From assembly GCA_951406725.2 (NCBI GenBank), contig OX597840.1, positions 32,178,001-32,242,000 on the forward strand: a DNA stretch of 64,000 nt, given 5' to 3'. The number at the start of each line of letters is the position of its first letter. The first letter of the stretch is position 1. The position numbers and the translations under genes are program-made. The notes below the pieces were generated by a model. It saw only the letters and a list, made by a program, of their open reading frames with translations. It searched no databases and was not told where the DNA came from. Positions 1 through 13,484 of the stretch are shown here, one piece after another. The stretch is from Octopus vulgaris. Its lineage: Eukaryota.

Positions 1-2336
1 GCGCAGCGTGGCAACAGATCAACCATTCGGTCTCTAATAGATCAACAGGGATGCAGTTTACTCGAACCCGAAAGGATGTGTGAGGCCTTTCAACAGCACT
101 TTGCTCGACTGTTTGGTGCGAGTGGTGGGTCGGAACGAGGGATGGATTTCAGTGCCTACCTGACCGACCTGCCGCGGCTCTCGGCAAGAGAAGCGGAGTG
201 TTGTGAAAGTCCCATCACAGCCGCTGACGTGTGGGATGCGATGGCGGGCTGCGCGAGGGATAAGTCGCCTGGATTGGATGGTTTACCCTACGAGCTGTAT
301 TGTCGAATGCCAGACTTGTTTGGCGACCTCTTGGCATCAGTCTACTGCAACTGGCAACAAAACGGGAGAATCCCCGGTTTCGTGAGCCGAGGTGCAGTGA
401 CGTTGCTGAAGAAAGACTCAAACAAGGGGAATTTTATAGATAATTTCAGGCCCATCACTCTGCTCAACGCAGATTTGAAAATTTTGGCCAAAGTAATAGC
501 CGAGAGGTTGGCGCTTGTCATTGGTAAACTGGTCGACAGGGCGCAAACATGCGCCGTGCCGGGCAGAACCATACATGACAACCTCCATCTGATGCGCTAC
601 ATTGTGGACAGGGTAGTTAAGGATCCTGGCATGGGTGGGGCGCTGATAAATTTGGATCAGTCTAAAGCCTTCGATAGGGTCGACCATCGGTACTTGGCGG
701 CCGTCCTCAGGGCGGCTGACTTCGGTCCCGTCTTCCGCGGTTGGATCGCTGCCTTGTATAGCGGCATCCGATCGGTGATTCGGGTGAACGGTCACCTGTC
801 TAAACCGTTTAACATCACGCGTTCGGTCCGTCAGGGTGTCCCCTGTCGGCGCTTCTGTATGTATTGACTCTCGAGCCGCTACTGCGGAAGCTGGCGACAC
901 TGAGGGGCATCCCACGGGAACTGGGTTGCGGGACGAGCGTGTCGGCATATGCGGACGATGTCACCGTCATAGTGTCGAGCTACCAGCACATCGAGCTGGT
1001 CGGCGAGACACTAAGAAAATATGAAACGGTGACGGGAGCAAAGATTAACCCGGAAAAGTCAGTGGGTTTGCTACTCGGCACCTGGAGAAGCAAGCCCATG
1101 CCGTCCGACTGCGGCTCAGTAGTGGGACGCTGGACGGACGGACCGGTTAAATTGCTCGGGGTCTGGTTCAGTCCGGACCTCCAAATGGATAAGAACTGGG
1201 ACGAGATCACGAGTAGAGTGGTCGCTCTCAGCCAAACATGGGCCGAGAGAAAGCTGTCTCTAAAAGGCCGGGCGGAGGTGGCGAACGCGTACATCGCATC
1301 CGTCATCGATTACCGCCTGACCGTCGTACCTTGTCCCAACGCCACCGTCACCAAACTGGAACGCATACTCTTCCGCTTCCTGTGGAAGGGTGGCGTTTCG
1401 ATGGTGAGGAAGTCCATTTGCTGTCAACATCCGTTGAATGGAGGACTGGGCATGCCGTGGTTGATGATGCGCAGGCATGCGCTGAGACTGCGACATCTCT
1501 GGAAATTCATCGACGACGGTGAACAGGTGTGGGCGCCGTTTGTGAGGCGCGACTTCCCGCAGCTCGTCTCACTGACCGAACTGCAAACGTGGATCAAAAA
1601 GAGACCGAAACTGGGCGATTGGCACCGAGAGTGTCGCCAAGCTCTACAGCAGCTCTGCCGACCGGGGTCAAACTTGTGCAACTTCCAAACGACTAAAGCG
1701 TTCTATAGAGGACTAGTGGAGGGGAGGTCCGACGACACACTCGGGGCAAACCTGGGCGTCGACGAGGAATTCCTAACCCGCCTGTTCAGGACGACGTTCG
1801 GGCCGGGGCCTATGGATAACTTCCAGAAATCCCTGGCTTGGCAGTGCTATCGAGACGCACTACCTGTTCGAGAGAAGAGCTACAGACACGGTTCGAAAAC
1901 CATCACCGGACCGACCTGCCCGAGATGCGGTCAGAGCGACGAAACCGTTCTGCACGCACTCGTGCAGTGTCCAGATATTTCAGAGCTGTGGTCCTTCGTC
2001 GAACAGCTGTTGTCACGTGTAGGTCAGGCTCGCCTATCGGCCGAGTCTATTGTGAATATTGTTCCACCACCTTCCTTTAAACGGGAAGGGAAAACGGTTT
2101 TCGTTACGCTGATGGCTATGGCGAAAGAATGTGTGTGGTGGACGCGTTTGAAAGGACTGCAAACAAACACCTTCCTCTCTGGTCAGTCTCTCGTCAACTT
2201 TTTCAAGTACCACTTGAAAAGGAGGATGAGAATAGAGAGGAAGGCTTTGTCGAACGAATGTTTTAATAAAAAGTGGGTAAAAGTGGCAAAAATGGTCAGT
2301 ATGAAAGACGACACTATTTTAAGCATAAATCTGTAA
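1..2336 (+). pseudogene. ORF2 reverse transcriptase of Tx1 copy 1, one frameshift near 840-864
   Basis: ORFs 76-867 and 864-2336 join into one RT plus zinc-finger protein; relative to copy 3 the shift is a missing base in a C run (decay or assembly error). Confidence 0.9.
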
Positions 2337-2637
2337 CCAAAAGAGACAACGAGAAGTAAGGCGACTTACTCATGTGTTCTTTTTCGAACTGTCTGAGGTG
2401 ACCTTAGTCTTTTTTGTAGGTTTTTCTTTCCAAGGCTACACCTAAACTGTGAACCTTATATATATATATATATTGCTTTTTTATACACCACACAACCCAC
2501 AGATCCCTATTGATCAAACGTTTTTTTTTTTTTTTTTTTTTTTTGCCCCACCCATCCCACCTCGAAAAGAAAAAATTCTACATTGTATTTCGTCCATTTT
2601 TATTCTGTGTTTAGCCCTGTGTGGCAACAATAAAAAG

Positions 2638-2640
<3 letters not shown>
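1..2640 (+). mobile_element. Tx1/L1-clade non-LTR retrotransposon, copy 1 (5' end outside window)
   Basis: RT motifs KSPGLDG, NFRPITLLN, LDQSKAFD, SVRQG, YADD and C-terminal CPRC..ETVLHALVQC; T-rich 3'UTR ending CCCTGTGTGGC-AATAAA, then (TCTA)n. Confidence 0.95.
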
Positions 2641-2707
<67 letters not shown>

Positions 2708-2736
2708 GTCTATCTATCCATCTATCTATCTATCCA

Positions 2737-3563
2737 TCTACAGACACGGCTCGAGAAACACGGGGCCGACCTGCCCGAGATGCGGTCAGAGCGACGAAAC
2801 CGTTCTGCACGCACTCGTGCAGTGTCCAACAATTTCCGACCTGTGGGCTTATGTCGAACAACTGCTGTCACGTGTGGGACGAGTCGGTTTATCAGCTGAG
2901 TCTATCGTCAATATTGTCACGCCTCCCTCCTTCAAACGGGAAGGAAGAGCTATTTTCATCATCCTTGTGGCTATGGCGAAAGAATGTATCTGGTGGACGC
3001 GTTTGAAAGGATTGGAGACAAACACTTTCCTCTCTGGTCAATCTCTCATCAACTTCTTCAAGTACCACTTCAAAAGGAAAGTGAGAGTAGAGAGGCAAGT
3101 TTTGTCTAGCGAATGTTTTAAAAAAAGATGGGTGAATGTAGCAAGAATGGCACGTATGAATGACGAAGCCACCTTGAGCATGATCCTATGAACCCAGAAA
3201 TTGAAAACAGAGAGTTGCTTATTCGCAAAAAAAAAAAAAAAAAGAAATATAACATGTGACTCCATTGACCGAGGTTACCGTGGTCTTTTCCGTAGGCTTT
3301 TCTTTCCACGGGTAAACCTCACCTGTCCTCCCCTTTACACTTCATATTGACATTTCTGTGATAACGATCCCTATTGATCAATTTTTTTTTCCTCTCCCCC
3401 TTTTTTTTAACCCCCTTTTTTTTGTCCTCTTTCTCTCCTTTTACGATCCCTTTTGATCGAAACTCCCCCTTCCTTTTTTTTTTTTTTTAAACCTTCAAAA
3501 GAAAAGCTCTACCTTGTAACTTGTCCCATCTGTGTGCAGCCCTGTGTGGCCAATAAAGAAACT
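2737..3563 (+). mobile_element. 5'-truncated Tx1 copy 2 inserted in the (TCTA)n tract after copy 1
   Basis: ORF 2817-3191 matches the C-terminus of copy 1 ORF2; same 3' terminal motif; TCTA tracts on both sides. Confidence 0.92.
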
Positions 3564-3584
3564 TATCTATCTATCTATCCATCC

Positions 3585-3629
<45 letters not shown>

Positions 3630-3662
3630 CCTATCTGTCTATCTATCTATCTTTCTATCTAT

Positions 3663-3704
<42 letters not shown>

Positions 3705-3742
3705 GTCTGTATGTCTGTCTGTCTATCTATCTTATCTATCTA

Positions 3743-3778
<36 letters not shown>

Positions 3779-4028
3779 GCTAACTAGCTAGCTATTTATC
3801 CATCAGTCTGCCTATCAGTTTATGAATGTCTTGTCTGCCTATCGGTTTGTCTGCCTATTTCCCTGTCATTCTGTTAGTCTACAGTTTATCTGCCTATAAA
3901 TTTGCTAACCGGTCCAACCGTCTGGTTATATATCTCTCTGTTTACTTGACTGTCTGGCTGGCTGTTTGTCTATGCATATGTATCTATATTTGGCTTTTCA
4001 ATTGCATCCATGTATCTATGTGTATATG

Positions 4029-4088
<60 letters not shown>

Positions 4089-4266
4089 CATCTACCTATC
4101 TATCTATTTATCTGTCTGTCTGTCTGTCTGTCTCTCTGTCTGGGTACCTACCCCTATCTATCTATATTTGTCTATACCTGTATCTGTCTGTCTACTCAAG
4201 TTACGCTCTTGGCTTATCATGACACCCGCCGATCCACCCACACACGTCTATATATGTGCGTGGGTG

Positions 4267-4302
<36 letters not shown>

Positions 4303-4312
4303 TAGATAGATA

Positions 4313-4346
<34 letters not shown>

Positions 4347-4400
4347 CATATATATAGATACACATACATATATATAGATACACACACGTACACAAACACA

Positions 4401-4480
<80 letters not shown>
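3564..4480. repeat. compound (TCTA/TCTG)n, (TA)n, (CA)n microsatellite region
   Basis: direct reading. Confidence 0.9.
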
Positions 4481-4481
<1 letters not shown>

Positions 4482-4590
4482 CGTCGGAGGTTTTGTTGAT
4501 TGTATGTACGTCTATATACGTCATACTGTCTGGGTATGTCGAAGTATTGCGTACGTTAAGACGACTGCATATGCGAACGTGTGAGCGTGT

Positions 4591-4628
<38 letters not shown>

Positions 4629-5133
4629 AAGGCGTGTCTGTCTGTCTGTCTGTCTGTGTGTCATCTCAAGCCAAGCCACCGGATGGTGGAGAAGAGTGGA
4701 AAGAGGAGGAGGAGGAGGTAGGAAAGAGGTTTTTGTCTGGAAATACAGATGGAAAGGCCTCAGATATCCGAACAATTTTTGCGTTCGTTTGTGGAAGTTG
4801 GCAGCAAATTCGGTCAGTCCGATTGTTGTAGTTATTGTCGTCGTCGTTGTTGTTGTTGTTGTTGTTGTTGTTGTTGATTTTGGTGGTCTGGTTATTGTTG
4901 CTGTTCCTGTTCTTCATGTTGTTGTTGACCTTGTTGATGACGTTAAACGATAAAAATGGTGGCGAAGTTTTATTTGCGAAAAGTATGACGTCGGTGGTGA
5001 AAAAATAGCCATGGAGATGCCGGCGCTGATGATGACGTCGATGATGATGATGATGATGAAGATGATGATGATGATGATGATAATGATGATGATAATGATG
5101 ATGCTCAAATAAATACATACATACATACATACA

Positions 5134-5214
<81 letters not shown>

Positions 5215-5252
5215 ATATATGTATGTATGTAAGTATATATATATATATACAT

Positions 5253-5663
5253 AGGCGTAGGAGTGGCTGTGTTGTAAGTAGCTTGCTTACCAACCACATG
5301 GTTCCGGGTTCAGTCCCACTGCGTGGCACCTTGGGCAAGTGTCTTCTACTATAGCCTCAGGCCGACCAAAGCCTTGTGAGTGGATTTAGTAGACGGAAAC
5401 TGAAAGAAGCCTGTCGTATATATGTATATATATATATGTATGTGTGTGTATGTGTTTGTGTGTCTGTGTTTGTCCCCCCCCAACATCGCTTGACAACCGA
5501 TGCTGGTGTGTTTACGTCCCCGTCACTTAGCGGTTCGGCAAAAGAGACCGATAGAATAAGTACTGGGCTTACAAAGAATAAGTCCCGGGGTCGATTTGCT
5601 CGACTAAAGGCGGTGCTCCAGCATGGCCACAGTCAAATAACTGAAACAAATAAAAAATAAAAA
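5253..5663 (+). mobile_element. tRNA-derived SINE family A (most abundant family)
   Basis: A box TGGCTGTGTKG, B box GGTTCAGTCCC, CCTTGGGCAAGT segment, internal TA/TG tract, A-rich tail; more than 20 near-identical copies in window. Confidence 0.92.
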
Positions 5664-5865
5664 ATATATATACGTATGTATATAATCAGGCACACTTCAG
5701 TTTACGTCGGTAATTGCTAGTTGCTACCAAGACATGCGACTTATCTCGTAAACGATGAAACTCGAAACCACATTAAGAAATTTTATTAACGCATATATAT
5801 TTTAATAAATAATTGGTACAAATTTTCACTTACATTTAATTTCACTTCCAACTTCAGCATTGATT

Positions 5866-6199
5866 ACTCTTTTACTCTTTTACTTGTTTCAGTCATTTGA
5901 CTGCGGCCATGCTGGAGCACCGCCTTTAGTCGAGCAAATCGACCCCGGGACTTATTCTTTTGTAAGCCCAGTACTTATTCTATCGGTCTCTTTTGCCGAA
6001 CCGCTAAGTGACGGCGACGTAAACACACCAGCATCGGTTGTCAAGCAATGTTAGGGGGACAAACACAGACACACAAACACACACATACATATACATATAT
6101 ACGACAGGCTTCTTTCAGTTTCCGTCTACCAAATCCACTCACAAGGTGCCACGCAGTGGGACTGAACCCGGAACCATGAGGTTGGTAAACAAGCTACTT
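5866..6199 (-). mobile_element. SINE A, body; head split off by the 6200-8350 insertion
   Basis: consensus stops at ..AAGCTACTT (6199) and resumes at 8351. Confidence 0.9.
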
Positions 6200-8350
6200 T
6201 ATTTCAACAATTTTGCCACTAGGGCAGTACACAGAGTAGCTGCGGGCTGGACAAAGACATTAATGGATGATGGTGGTGGTGGATGAAGATGGTGATGGGA
6301 GAAGTCAAAAAGCGCCCGCCGACTTCCGCTTCTCTAAGACATTGTTCTTTTTTTCAATAAGTTCAATTTTCTTTTTTCTTTAGTTTCAATAAATCGACAT
6401 GAGGTTGCAAACCTCTTACACGAAGGAGGCACTAAAACCTCTTACAAAGTTCTTTTTTTCATTTCTTTTGCCACAAGGGCAGTATATGAATTCACAAAAA
6501 TTCTCCCTGTCAGGTCCCCGAAGCAAATTGTCTTGCCGCCTGCAGACAACTCTGCGACGACAAGTCGAGGGCCTGCAAAGAGAAAAGTAAAATGTTTCCT
6601 CTCAAAGGCCTTTGTGACCCTTGACAAAATGTTTTCCGTTACTACCTCCGCAGCAACCCGCGGAGGCCATAACGGACTCCTTGAGCTGACCGTGTCCTTG
6701 CGTTCTCGGTCACCTAAGCCATTCAAAAACTTTTCCACCTTCCCTCCCTTGTGGTAAAGGAGGAGAAACAACTCCTCTTCACAGGAAGGGACCTCACACT
6801 GATCCGTCAGTGGCACACTTTCCACTGACGGAGCACTGTCCGCGGGTGGCACACGTCCCACCCGCGGCTCCGTCGGCGACACAGAAACATCAGCCGTCCG
6901 ACCTCTTTTTCTTTTTTTCCTCTTTTTTTTAGAGGCCGCTAGCCCGGGGTCTCCTTCGACGGACACGGGGAGGTCGCTATCCTCCTCCTCCGTCTGTACG
7001 TTTTTTGGTGAGCAACCATTGTTGCTCACCTGTCTTTTTCTTTTCGTGGATGCAACCTCCTCCACGACTTCCACCGTCTCCCCCTCCAGTGAGGGGGCAG
7101 CGGGCACCTTTTCCTTTTCATGCTCCGGGGCAGCACCACGGCCACCGGGACACTTCCTCTTGATATGTCCAGGCTCCAGGCACAGGTGACACTTGGGGGG
7201 CGTCCCTCAAGCATCACCGGATACCTGTACCCGGCCATCCTCAAAAAGTCCGGTAAAACCAGACTTTTGGCTGACTGGGTCCATAGGGTCAAAACAGCTC
7301 TTGACCCCTCCCAATCAGCCGCAGGCTGTACTTTTACGTTCAGTAGCTTGGAACTGCTACCATCCAAGCCCCGGCGGATAGAGTCCTCTATCCACTCGGG
7401 CTCAACGCCTGGTGGTAAGCCGCAGATCCAAGCTCTCAACAATTTTTCTCCCTTGTAATTTGGGAGAAACAATATTTGTTTGCCCTCAATGGGCTGGCTT
7501 GCAAATTCGCAAGCTGCTTTAGGGGAGTCAAATAGCAACCAAACCGTTGCGTATTTAACTCCCCGTGCGATATATTTAACGGCTGGCATGTAGTCTGCCA
7601 GCTCGTTAACAATAGTGGCCTTTGGAAAGACTGCTATGGTGTCGAGCGACTTCGAATATGTCCTCAGCACCACGGTCCTTTCCTCGAGCTCATTCAAATA
7701 TTTTTGGGAGGTGTCAAATCCCACACAGTGAATTTCTTTGCCATAACGTAAGATTTAAAAACAGTTCAAAATGTGATAAAATAAAATAAGACACAGAAAG
7801 GAGAATGAAAAATACAACAGAAGGGAAGAAATAAAATTAGAAATAGCAGTTCAAAAAAAGTTATTTTTTAAAAAAATAAATTATAGACGGAGAAAGAGAG
7901 TTCAAATCCAGACAAAGGAATTAATTTTTTCTTTTTTCTTTTTGTTTTCACTTTTTTCGGCCAAAAAATTGTATTCCAGGCCAAATGCACAGTTGGTAAA
8001 ACACCTTGATAAAATAATCCTTGGTACTCCTTGGTAATTCCCGTGGATAACACAAAGACAATTTCAAAAACAATTTTTGCAGACGGACTACGCCGCTTTA
8101 AAAATACAATTCTCACTGCAAAGTGAGTCTTTACACTCGACAACAGGCAGAAAAATTATATCTGGAGCAAAGTGGAGTTTATTATCTGCTAAAAAATATT
8201 TAATGCTAAAAAACATTAAATGCAAGCAATAGACTTCCAAAATAGACTTCGCTCCCAAAAATGCAAAACGCCTACCTGTAGTCGAGTCAAAAGTTCAATA
8301 TTTCACGTTAACACGTGACATTTGCCGGAGCAAAAAAAACACGTCTGTCT
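6200..8350 (-). mobile_element. ORF1-only (HAL1-like) non-autonomous non-LTR retroelement, apparently full length (~2.15 kb)
   Basis: 5' end AGACAGACGTGTTTTTTTTGCTCC, ~600-bp 5'UTR, gag-like ORF1, ~240-bp 3'UTR ending AATAAA, degenerate ~16-bp TSD (6184-6199 / 8351-8365); no RT or endonuclease ORF. Confidence 0.82.
6442..7744 (-). pseudogene. gag-like ORF1 with CCHC zinc knuckle, two homopolymer frameshifts (~7700, ~7197)
   Basis: ATG at 7744; shifting frame in the G run at 7195-7200 gives EGRPP-KCHLCLEPGHIKRKC (CX2CX4HX4C), continuing into ORF 6442-7107 with basic KKKRKKRKR tract. Confidence 0.82.
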
Positions 8351-8386
8351 GGTAAGAAGCTATTTACCACACAGCCACTCCTGCGC
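8351..8386 (-). mobile_element. remaining 5' head of the split SINE A
   Basis: GGTAAGAAGCTATTTACCACACAGCCACTCCTGCGC matches the SINE A head. Confidence 0.88.
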
Positions 8387-8570
8387 TATTGATTCTTAAT
8401 TTTTTTAAAGAATTTTTATGTTTGAAATTTGTTCGCTGAGACCGACGTAATATAGAATAAATCGACTGAAGTCGAAGTCTGCTTTTTCATCTATTTTCTT
8501 TAAAAGTAAAAAACGCGACATGGAATGGAAAACGAAGTGACTCGAAACAACGGAGCATCATGTGGATGAC

Positions 8571-8734
8571 ACATGTGGCTGTATAATAAGAAGCTTGCTT
8601 CCCAACCACATGGTTCCGGGTTCAATCTCATTGCGTGACACCTTGCGCGTGTGTCTTCTAGTATAGCCTCGGGCCGACCAAAGCCTTGTGGTGGATTTGG
8701 TAGGAGGAAACTGAAAGCAGCCCGTCGTATATAT

Positions 8735-8769
<35 letters not shown>

Positions 8770-8962
8770 TGTGTGTGTGTGTGCGTGTGTGTGTGTGTGT
8801 ATTTGTATTCTCTGATTGTCCCCCCCACCTTGACAACCGATGTTGGTGTGTATACGTCCCCGTAACTTAGCGGTTCGGAAAATAAGATCGAATTGTTCGA
8901 CTAAAAGCGGTGTTCCAACATGGCTACAGTCAGATGGTTTAAACACGTAAAACAATAAAAGA
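8571..8962 (+). mobile_element. SINE A, diverged copy
   Basis: alignment by eye to other copies. Confidence 0.85.
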
Positions 8963-9113
8963 CTCTATATATATATATATATATATATATACATACACAT
9001 ATAAAATATAAGTTTGAGATAAAACCACTATTATGCAACTCAAACAGTGATAGACATAAACCAATAATTTAAATTTTTCCCTGTAAGTTTGATGTTATAC
9101 TCCCTAATATTAT

Positions 9114-9144
<31 letters not shown>

Positions 9145-9256
9145 TAATCTGGTGGTAATCACAAAAAGTGCTCCTTTAGTAGAGAGGGCTACGATTAGCA
9201 TAGTAAACGAAAACAAAGGAGTGTAATGTGTAGTCCGTTTGCAGTTGATATGCAGT

Positions 9257-9644
9257 GATGGAAGCACTCCGTCGGTTACGACGATGAGGGTTCCGTTTGA
9301 TCCGAATCAACGGAACAGCCTGCTCGTGAAATTAACGTGTAAGTGGCTGAGCACTCCACAGACACGTGCATCCTTAACGTAGTTCTCGGGGATATTCAGC
9401 GTGACATAGAGAGTGACAAGGCCGGCCCCTTGAAATACAGGTACGACAGAAACAGGAAGTAAGAGTGAGAGAAAGTTGTGGTGAAATAGTACAGCAGGGA
9501 TCACCACCATCCCCTGCCGGAGCCTCGTGGAGCTTTTAGGTGTTTTCGCTCAATAAACACTCACAACGCCCGGTCTGGGAATCGAAACCGCGATCTTATG
9601 ACCGCGAGTCCGCTGCCCTAACCACTGGGCCATTGCGCCTCCAC
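9257..9644 (-). mobile_element. tRNA-derived SINE family B with 11-bp TSD
   Basis: head GGAGGCGCAATGGCCCAGTGGTTAGGGC..GGTTTCGATTCC; TSD TGATATGCAGT at 9246-9256 and 9645-9655. Confidence 0.93.
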
Positions 9645-9686
9645 TGATATGCAGTAAATCCAATCAGGGAAGACATATACAGAATA

Positions 9687-10030
9687 TAAAGAAAGTCAAG
9701 AGATATGAGATGAATATATTTATATCAACAGTCGATATCCATAGGATGACGGCCCTTTTGCAGCTAGCACCATGTAAGAATAATTTGTTTTAGTTTATAA
9801 TAAAATATTTTACATGTCTGCACCTGTGTGTATGTTATAATTTGCATAGAATAATAGATTATCATGGTTACATCAAATTTTCGATGGTACTATGCAATAG
9901 TAACTTACGCCCTGGTGCAGACATGTAAAACAATTTATTGCAAACTAAACTGAAATACTTTTGAATGATGCTGGCTGCGAAACAGCCGTCACCTTATGGG
10001 TATCAACTAGTGATATGGATATATTAATCT
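9687..10030 (+). repeat. ~345-nt imperfect inverted repeat (rod-like hairpin)
   Basis: nested pairings AAAGAAAGTCA/TGACTTTCTTT, TGACGGC/GCCGTCA, TTTTACATGTCTGCACC/GGTGCAGACATGTAAAA, TTGCATAG/CTATGCAA. Confidence 0.85.
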
Positions 10031-10145
10031 CATGCCTGCTGACTTTCTTTATAATATCTCTCTTTCTTTCTTTCTTTCTTTCTTTCTATCTATCTATCTA
10101 TCTATCTATCTATCAATCTATTTTCTTTCTCTCTCTCTCTCTTTG

Positions 10146-10606
<461 letters not shown>

Positions 10607-10732
10607 CAGATATATATATGTATGTATGTATAAGTTCAGTAAAATTTAGATTCAGTTGAATATAGTACTTAAGCTAGAGGCACCAGAATTTCGTATGGTA
10701 TTATCCATATAATTCAAAATGGGATGATTACA

Positions 10733-10850
10733 ATCAAAATAAGCAACAAGTATATCCAGATGTAATGCAGTACGATCGTTTCATGCGACTCCATTTAAAC
10801 GGAGTCGGATGAAACGATCGTACTGCATTACCTTGTTGCTTATTTTGATT
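10733..10850. repeat. fold-back with half hammerhead motif (GAAACGATCGTA)
   Basis: arms GTAATGCAGTACGATCGTTTCAT / ATGAAACGATCGTACTGCATTAC. Confidence 0.75.
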
Positions 10851-10856
10851 ATATAT

Positions 10857-11115
10857 ACTCTTTTTACTTGTTTCAGTCATCGGTTGTCAAGCAATGCTAG
10901 GGGGACAAACACAGACACACAAACACACATATATATATATATACATATATACGACAGGCTTCTTTCAGTTTCCGTCTACCAAATCCACTCACAAGGCATT
11001 GGTCGGCCCGGGGCTATAGTAGAAGACACTTCCCCAAAGTGCCACGCAGTGGGACTGAACCCGGAACCATGTGGTTGGTTAGCAAGCTACTTACCACACA
11101 GCAACTCCTGCGCCT
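10857..11115 (-). mobile_element. SINE A, internally deleted
   Basis: match to family consensus. Confidence 0.88.
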
Positions 11116-11303
11116 ATATGTATATATATATATGTATATATGCATATATTTATATGCCTGACGATTGACTCACAAATAGAGAAATGAAAAGAGGAAGATA
11201 GCATGGCAAAGCTAGAGGATGAAGAATTGAAATGACTCTGACAGTAGAGTTTAAGGATAAAACAAAGGAATTACCCAGTTTCCACTTTTTAATACTTCCT
11301 GTA

Positions 11304-11472
11304 CGCAGGAGTGGCTGTGTGGTAAGTAGCTTGCTAACCAACCACATGGTTCCGGGTTCAGTCCCACTGCGTGGCACCTTGGGCAAGTGTCTTCTGCTAT
11401 AGCCCCGGGCCGACCAATGCCTTGTGAGTGGATTTGGTAGACGGAAACTGAAAGAAGCCTGTCGTATATATG

Positions 11473-11503
<31 letters not shown>

Positions 11504-11722
11504 TTGTGTTTGTCCCTCTAGCATTGCTTGACAACCGATGCTGGTGTGTTTACGTCACCGTCACCTAGCGGTTCGGCAAATAGAGACCGATAGAATAAGT
11601 ACTGGGCTTACAAAGGATAAGTCCTGGGATCGATTTGCTCGACTAAAGGCGGTGCTCCAGCATGGCCGCAGTCAAATGACTGAAACAAGTAAAAGAGAGT
11701 AAAAGTAAAAGTAAGAGTAAAA
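11304..11722 (+). mobile_element. SINE A
   Basis: match to family consensus. Confidence 0.92.
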
Positions 11723-12070
11723 AAAGCACGCTAACGTTGTTTAGCGTTCCCCATCGACTGCCGCCAATCGCACAAATCTTTGTTCCTCACCTGCGTCACT
11801 TTAACCCTGATGAAGGTCTCTACTCGAAAGCGTGTATATATCACCCACTTCAGACTTATTTTCTCTTACTCTTCCCTTTGCTTTTTGCAAATAATCCAAA
11901 GTCCATCACAAACAGATCGGTATCTCACATTCTGTTTCGTTTAATGTATATTTGTTTTATCTGAGAAGGAGAAAAAAGAGAGTGAGGAAGATAGAGAGAA
12001 ACAGATGTGATTTTGCTATTAACGCTGTTATTTTCCATCTTCGTGTTATGTGATTCTTATACATACACAG

Positions 12071-12122
<52 letters not shown>

Positions 12123-12485
12123 GTGTGTGTCTATACAAGTATTGTGGAATGGAGAAGATAAAATCCAGGCTACATATGTTTCATGGCGAGCGGAACCTCG
12201 GAACTATTAATCGCGCTAACCGCGAACTATAAGATTAACTTCTTTTGCAACCTGTCTTACTTCGATATGGGAAGAATTCGCAATCCTCTGCACCAGTAAA
12301 CCACTATTCTTCCTGTAGGTTGTTTTTTTATATCTTCTGGGGATTGCTTGAAGCTCACTAACTTCCTACATACATTTATACCGGAGTAAGCACATAAATG
12401 CGAAACAAGGTGGAAAAAAGAGTACTCAAATACCAGAAGTAGAGTAATATGCTTTATTTAAAAGCAGCAGAAATATAACAAAAGG

Positions 12486-12521
12486 TGTTACTCAGAGTTT
12501 CACGTTCCCATTCGTCGGACA
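12486..12521 (-). ncRNA. minimal type I hammerhead-like motif (U4C variant)
   Basis: TGT-CCGACGA-ATGGGAACGT-GAAACTCTGAGTA-ACA: 3-bp stem I, stem II, palindromic stem III, GUA site. Confidence 0.6.
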
Positions 12522-12552
12522 GTTTTGTTAAAAATACATACATACATACATG

Positions 12553-13120
<568 letters not shown>

Positions 13121-13348
13121 GAATAATATCGATATTTAAATATCGATCTTATCAGGTAGCCAGCATGGAAATAAATACCATACAAGGGTAACAATTATTT
13201 AAAACTATAAATTAGGGTATCTGAGAGATACCACCATGCTGAAATAGCAGTCAAAACCCTGACCCTAAAGCCACCTTAAATGTTCATATCACGCCAGGAG
13301 AGAAGAGAGAGAGACAAAATAAACGAGCAAAAAAGATTTTTCTGGATA

Positions 13349-13407
13349 ATTCAAGATCCTGGATGTCTGGCTTTGCATCAGAGAAGCTCTGCCTTCTTCA
13401 GTTGAAT
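13349..13407 (-). ncRNA. degenerate type I hammerhead
   Basis: ATTCAA-CTGAAGA-AGGC..GCCA-GAC-ATCCAGGAT-C-TTGAAT; the GAA core is mutated to GAC. Confidence 0.5.
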
Positions 13408-13430
13408 ATACCAGACAAGCACATAAATAC

Positions 13431-13484
<54 letters not shown>

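Noticed and set aside
5253-5330. SINE heads as genuine tRNA genes
   Set aside because: A and B boxes continue into family-specific bodies, many with TSDs; I could not fold a complete cloverleaf.
9307-9510. Recurrent small ORFs (MVVIPAVLFHHN, MSSNARGTNTD and similar)
   Set aside because: Chance frames within SINE A and SINE B.
11807-11840. Hammerhead-like CTGATGAAGG..CTCGAAAGCG
   Set aside because: Stem II imperfect; no convincing stems I or III.
12166-12186. Half hammerhead GAAACATATGTA on the minus strand
   Set aside because: No matching 5' core found upstream.
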